The translations under genes and the position numbers were made by a program. A stretch of 64,000 nucleotides of DNA, taken from Bacillota bacterium. Its GTDB lineage: Bacteria > Bacillota > Thermincolia > Thermincolales > UBA2595. Location of the stretch: NCBI GenBank assembly GCA_027324025.1, contig DAHVYW010000012.1, positions 4,178 through 68,177 on the forward strand, read 5' to 3'. Below, piece by piece: positions 59,753 to 64,000 of this stretch (position 1 is its first letter; the number at the start of each line of letters is the position of its first letter). The notes under the pieces were generated by a model. It worked only from the letters and a program-made list of their open reading frames with translations. It had not been told where the DNA came from and did not search any database.

Positions 59753-60738
59753 TAAGCAAACGGGTTTTGAATACCTTAATGGCACTTATCATTTCCCTTG
59801 CTCTGGCAACCGCAAACCTGGCAGGTTTATACTATCTTGACAAATCAATAGGCCAAGGAAACGTCCAGGTTATCCAAACGGCCTTGGACATTAACGCCAG
59901 GAATTTTACTCAGTGGTCATTAGGCGTTATTCCAAATATCAATACCGTCCCGGCAGCAGTGGCTGAACAGGAGAATATGCGGGTATGGGCCCAACCTGGT
60001 GATTACGCCGGACCGGCTGTCATGGGCATAACCTTCGCCATGGCAGCAATTATGTGGTTTATCTGGATCGGCTATTACCTCGGGTTTCCCGGCAACATGG
60101 TCTTTATAAAGCAGCGTTTGCTCGGTCTCTTGGCAGCATTAGTTTTAACTATCCTGACCAATCTTATGTTTGCCCGCATGACTACCGAGTTTACCAGTAC
60201 TAATACTGTCCTGGGTGCGGCCTTCGGCCATCTTTCGCTGGGCCTTAATGCCGGGGGGATTTGGTTCATTGCTGTACTGTCCCGGCTCGGTGTCGGCCAG
60301 CATGAGTCAAGGCCTACGATTCCGGTAAGCCAGCTGAAAGACGAGAAGCTTTCCGCACTGCTAATGAGTTTGGTAATTGCTTTTGTTTTTGAAGGCGTCT
60401 TCAGGAAGGCAAACCTGGCATTACCCGGTTTGTCAATTGACTTCGCGGTCTGGGCTGTAACATTTATCGCGTTCTTCAATTACTACGGTTATATTCCTTC
60501 CAAATGGTTTAAGGGTGAAAGGCCTTTCGGAATCGTCCTAACCGTTTGCGGGACCGCTGCCACCATTATTATTTGGGTAGTTATTCAACACCTGACCGGC
60601 GGGGCCATCGGTACGGCCTTGCTAACTGCTTCCGGGAGCCCAGGCCTGTCCCTAATGCTTTCCTTCTGGCTGCTGTTCTGGCTCTCGGTTTCTAACCAAT
60701 CCGGAAAATCAAGCCCCGTCAGGATAACAAGATATTAA
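59749..60738 (+). CDS. Polytopic membrane protein (~8-9 TM), unknown function
   Basis: 329-aa hydrophobic ORF, translationally coupled to the preceding ORF. Confidence 0.6.
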   Translation: MISKRVLNTLMALIISLALATANLAGLYYLDKSIGQGNVQVIQTALDINARNFTQWSLGVIPNINTVPAAVAEQENMRVWAQPGDYAGPAVMGITFAMAAIMWFIWIGYYLGFPGNMVFIKQRLLGLLAALVLTILTNLMFARMTTEFTSTNTVLGAAFGHLSLGLNAGGIWFIAVLSRLGVGQHESRPTIPVSQLKDEKLSALLMSLVIAFVFEGVFRKANLALPGLSIDFAVWAVTFIAFFNYYGYIPSKWFKGERPFGIVLTVCGTAATIIIWVVIQHLTGGAIGTALLTASGSPGLSLMLSFWLLFWLSVSNQSGKSSPVRITRY

Positions 60739-60787
60739 TCATCTAGAGGCTGTCTCAAAAGTTAATGTGAGACACCCGGAATGAAGG

Positions 60788-60821
60788 AAACTCAGGCATT
60801 CATTTGATAGCCTGAGTTTTG
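60788..60821 (+). terminator. Intrinsic terminator of the two-gene membrane operon
   Basis: AAACTCAGGC-12 nt-GCCTGAGTTT followed by TG. Confidence 0.65.
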
Positions 60822-60915
60822 TCATATAATTGGCGTAGTCTTAAAGTAAGAGCTCCCATATTTTCCCCTCAAGTTGTCTTAGAAGAGGCACAGCATTCCT
60901 GTTTCTTTTTTACCT

Positions 60916-61122
60916 TGTCTCAAAAGAGGTAGTCTTTCTTAAGTTTTTACAGAATATAAAGGAAACGGCAGGTATGTTCCGGAGAGCGAGGCTGACATCC
61001 GCCAGCCCGCGACCCGCCTATGCGGGAGCGGTTTGCTGGCTGAGTTGTTGCTCGCTCGCAGGAATGTACCTGCTGTTTCCTTGTTTGAGTAACCAAAGCA
61101 AGAGACTGCCTCTTTTGAGACA
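60916..61122. repeat. 207-bp long palindromic element with 20-bp terminal inverted repeats
   Basis: TGTCTCAAAAGAGGTAGTCT (60916-60935) against AGACTGCCTCTTTTGAGACA (61103-61122). Inner arms are GGAAACGGCAGGTATGTTCC and GGAATGTACCTGCTGTTTCC. Confidence 0.85.
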
Positions 61123-61133
61123 GTCCCTCACTT

Positions 61134-61730
61134 CTATACTTCGATTTTCCAGCCCTCTTCAAAGGCTTGTTTATTCAATTCCAGAAACTTGGGCGGAACC
61201 TTTTCCTCTAAGGCTTTAATACACTTTTCCTTGGGGAATCCCATCTTACGGGCCAGGACTCCCATCAACACTACGTTGGAAGCCTTATCATTGCCCAGGT
61301 TCCGTGCAATAGTCAAAGCATCCAGGGCAATAGTATCCAGAACCTTGCGCCGGATCCGGTCAACAATACTGTCCGGGTATTTCTGGAGTCCCATGATAAC
61401 AGGTACAGGCTCAATAACCTGGTCACTGATAATCATCGTCCCGCCCTTCTTTAGGTAATGCATCCAGCGGATTGCCTCCAACCGCTCAAAAGCCAGGATA
61501 ATATCTGCCTGCCCCTCGGCAATAAGGGGTGAATACACCTTTTTTCCCATTCTCACCTGGGTGACAACACTGCCACCGCGCTGGGCCATCCCGTGAATCT
61601 CGGAAACTTTCACATCATGCCCCGCTTCCCGGGCCAGGTAGGATAAAATCCTGCTGGCCAGAATAGTGCCCTGGCCTCCCACGCCAACAATGAGAATATT
61701 GGTTACCTTGTCATTAACCAATGACTTCAC
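61134..61730 (-). CDS. iorB: Indolepyruvate ferredoxin oxidoreductase subunit beta
   Basis: NILIVGVGGQGTILASRIL...; follows iorA with an overlap. Confidence 0.88.
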   Translation of the reverse strand: MKSLVNDKVTNILIVGVGGQGTILASRILSYLAREAGHDVKVSEIHGMAQRGGSVVTQVRMGKKVYSPLIAEGQADIILAFERLEAIRWMHYLKKGGTMIISDQVIEPVPVIMGLQKYPDSIVDRIRRKVLDTIALDALTIARNLGNDKASNVVLMGVLARKMGFPKEKCIKALEEKVPPKFLELNKQAFEEGWKIEV

Positions 61731-63489
61731 CCGCTTTCTTTAGGGCCCCGGACGGGCACAGCTGTGCACATAAACCGCAGCCTGTACACAGGGTGGCATT
61801 AACCGTCACGGTTTCGACACCCGCAGTCAGGGCCGGGCAACCGAGCTTCATGCATTTTTTGCAGTTGATACAGGTATCTGTCTGGATGGTATATGGCGAG
61901 CTCTTTTCTTTAATCAGAAGGGCACACGGCCTTTTGGTGATTATTACCGAAGGTTCGTTGGCCTCCGCCTCTTCCTTAATGATATTTTTAAGGTTATCCA
62001 GCTCAAAAGGGTCAGCTGTTACGACCCTGCTTATGCCCAGCGCCTTTGCCAGCGCGACCAGATCCACCTGGCAGGTGGGTTCTTTGCTTAATGTCCGGCC
62101 TGTCGCCGGATGGTCCTGATGCCCGGTCATGGCTGTTGTGCTGTTATCCAGGATTATTGTGGTCGTAGCGCCTTTGTTGTAAGCCACATCCAACAGCCCG
62201 GTAATTCCTGAATGCAGGAAGGTGGAGTCCCCAATCACAGCGACAACCTTACCGTGCATCTCGGGGTGGGCTTTCTCCATACCCAGGGCCGAACCCACAC
62301 TGGCACCCATACAGATACAGGTATCCATGGCTTCCAGAGGAGGCAGGGCGCCAAGGGTATAACAGCCGATATCCCCCATGACTGTCATTTTTAATTGGCT
62401 AAGAGTATAAAAAACTCCCCTGTGAGGGCAGCCGGGACACATTACAGGAGGTCTCACCGGAATCTGCACATCCGGGTCACCTTCCACTCCTTTGACCAGT
62501 ACCGATGTATCCACAAGTTCTTTAAACTCCGTCACCGAGAGGATTTTTTCAGCAAGCATGCTTTGAGAAATTTCTCCCATTCGGGGGAACAGTTTCTTGC
62601 CTGTGACCTCGATACCCATCAGGCGAATCTGTTCCTCCAGGAACGGTTCCAGTTCTTCAACAACATACAGTTCCTTAACTTCCGCAGCAAACTTCCGGAC
62701 TAACTTTTCGGGCAGCGGAAATGTCATCCCCAGCTTTAACACCGAGGCCCCGGGAATAACCTCCTTGACATACTCGTAAACAATACCGCTGGTAATGATG
62801 CCTATGCTTTTATCAGCCAATTCAACCTTGTTTACCGGGCAGGTCTCCGAATACTCCAGCAGTTTTTGTCTTCTTTCCTCAACCACAACATGGCGGCCCC
62901 TGGCATGGGCAGGCACCATAACATACTTTGACGGGGTTTTCGTATAAGGTTTGGTATGGCTTTCTCCGCGTTCCCCCAGTTCAACAAAACTCTGGGAATG
63001 GGCTACCCTGGTAGTTGTGCGTAGCAAGACCGGCGTATCAAACTGTTCGCTGATTTCCAGAGCCAAGCCCACCATATCCTTGCATTCCTGGCTGTTGCTG
63101 GGTTCCAATAGGGGAATCTTGGCAAACTTAGCGTAATTCCTGTTGTCCTGCTCATTCTGGGAGCTGTGCATCCCTGGGTCATCGGCTCCAACCAGCACAA
63201 ACCCGGCGTTGACACCGGTATAGGCCAGGGTAAACAGCGGGTCCGCTGCCACGTTGACCCCAACGTGTTTCATGGTTACAAGAGTCCTGGCGCCTCCTAA
63301 GGCTGCACCTAACCCTACTTCCATCGCCACCTTCTCATTCGGGGACCACTGGGCGTAAACACCCTGGTAACGCACAAAGTTCTCCAGTATCTCCGTACTG
63401 GGCGTGCCTGGATAAGCGGCTGCCACCGTCACCCCCGCCTCAAAGGCTCCTCTTGCAATTGCCTCATTTCCTGTAAGTAACTCCTTCAT
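61714..63489 (-). CDS. iorA: Indolepyruvate ferredoxin oxidoreductase subunit alpha
   Basis: 591 aa with TPP-binding region GDIGCYTLG...GDSTFLHSG and two ferredoxin motifs, CINCKKCMKLGCP and CTGCGLCAQLCP. Confidence 0.9.
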   Translation of the reverse strand: MKELLTGNEAIARGAFEAGVTVAAAYPGTPSTEILENFVRYQGVYAQWSPNEKVAMEVGLGAALGGARTLVTMKHVGVNVAADPLFTLAYTGVNAGFVLVGADDPGMHSSQNEQDNRNYAKFAKIPLLEPSNSQECKDMVGLALEISEQFDTPVLLRTTTRVAHSQSFVELGERGESHTKPYTKTPSKYVMVPAHARGRHVVVEERRQKLLEYSETCPVNKVELADKSIGIITSGIVYEYVKEVIPGASVLKLGMTFPLPEKLVRKFAAEVKELYVVEELEPFLEEQIRLMGIEVTGKKLFPRMGEISQSMLAEKILSVTEFKELVDTSVLVKGVEGDPDVQIPVRPPVMCPGCPHRGVFYTLSQLKMTVMGDIGCYTLGALPPLEAMDTCICMGASVGSALGMEKAHPEMHGKVVAVIGDSTFLHSGITGLLDVAYNKGATTTIILDNSTTAMTGHQDHPATGRTLSKEPTCQVDLVALAKALGISRVVTADPFELDNLKNIIKEEAEANEPSVIITKRPCALLIKEKSSPYTIQTDTCINCKKCMKLGCPALTAGVETVTVNATLCTGCGLCAQLCPSGALKKAGEVIG

Positions 63490-63541
63490 TTCTATACCTC
63501 CACACTCAGGCTGTTAAGGGGTATGCTTTTCTACAAACATA

Positions 63542-64000
63542 CTATTTATTGCGCAAATCAATTACTCTTTTGGCCTTGCCCATCGTTCTTTCGATTGACC
63601 TGGGCTCAAGCAATTTAACCTTGGCGCTTATTGAAAGCACTCTCTGCAGCTTCTGTTTAAGGGTTTTTTCAAGTTCTTCGAGTTCCTTGAACTTACCGGT
63701 AAAGTGATCCCCGGAAAGTTCCACCTGGACTTCCAAATCATCCAGATAACCTTTGCTGGTTACTATCAATTGATAATGAGGGGCTACCCCTTCGGTCTCC
63801 ATAATTACGCTTTCGATTTGGGAAGGGTACACATTTACACCCCTGATAATCAGCATATCATCCGCCCGGCCTGTTATCTTTTTCATCCTAACAGTAGTCC
63901 TGCCGCAGGCGCAAGGTTCGTTTATCAACATCGATATATCCCTCGTGCGATACCGGACAATAGGGAACGCTTCCCTGGTGAGAGAGGTAAACACCAGTTC
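63542..64000 (-). CDS. paaK: Phenylacetate-CoA ligase, C-terminal part (5' end beyond the window)
   Basis: FPIVRYRTRDIS...CACGRTTVRMKKITGRADDMLIIRGVNVYPSQIE. The ORF stays open to the window edge. Confidence 0.85.
   Translation of the reverse strand, partial: ELVFTSLTREAFPIVRYRTRDISMLINEPCACGRTTVRMKKITGRADDMLIIRGVNVYPSQIESVIMETEGVAPHYQLIVTSKGYLDDLEVQVELSGDHFTGKFKELEELEKTLKQKLQRVLSISAKVKLLEPRSIERTMGKAKRVIDLRNK

Noticed and set aside
59236-59792. 63-aa and 120-aa minus-strand ORFs
   Set aside because: They overlap the terminator hairpin and the start of the plus-strand membrane operon. They are basic, low-complexity and have no RBS.
60947-61219. 71-aa (minus) and 81-aa (plus) ORFs
   Set aside because: They are mirror-image reading frames generated by the 207-bp palindrome, and are not independent genes.

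Overview
Core chromosome segment of an endospore-forming Firmicute. The Clostridia / Peptococcaceae-Desulfotomaculum-like assignment is inferred from gene content and Bacillus-like synteny; no database search was run. Almost everything is coded on the minus strand. Left to right: (1) an AT-richer S-layer glycan and cell-envelope locus (gmd, three glycosyltransferases, an initiating sugar-phosphate transferase, a Wzy_C/O-antigen-ligase-like protein with TPR tail, a 909-aa SLH S-layer protein, csaB, an LCP ligase, further SLH/LCP-like genes). (2) flgJ-like/flhP/flhO rod genes, an IS element, mbl, spoIIID, spoIID, murA, ywmB. (3) The complete F1Fo ATP synthase operon (atpZ-I-B-E-F-H-A-G-D-C). (4) wecB, glyA, rpiB, ywlE, sua5, prmC, prfA, DUF1385, rpmE, a radical-SAM gene, a LysM-M23 peptidase, rho, two DUF2062 genes, glpX, tal, fba, spo0F, Yip1, sppA, pyrG, rpoE, a Spo0E-like gene, argS. 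(5) A decayed MFS gene, two unknown membrane genes, and iorB-iorA-paaK. No rRNA, tRNA or CRISPR array was seen. The main unexplained signals are non-coding. A 114-bp three-hairpin element is present in four near-identical copies. At least two further families of long palindromic or hairpin intergenic repeats are present. An IS with perfect 12-bp inverted repeats and a 4-bp target duplication sits exactly at the mbl/flhO junction. A cyclophilin gene has its central 285 bp inverted. I found no cluster I could confidently call a new protein-based system; the repeat families are the best candidates for something undescribed.
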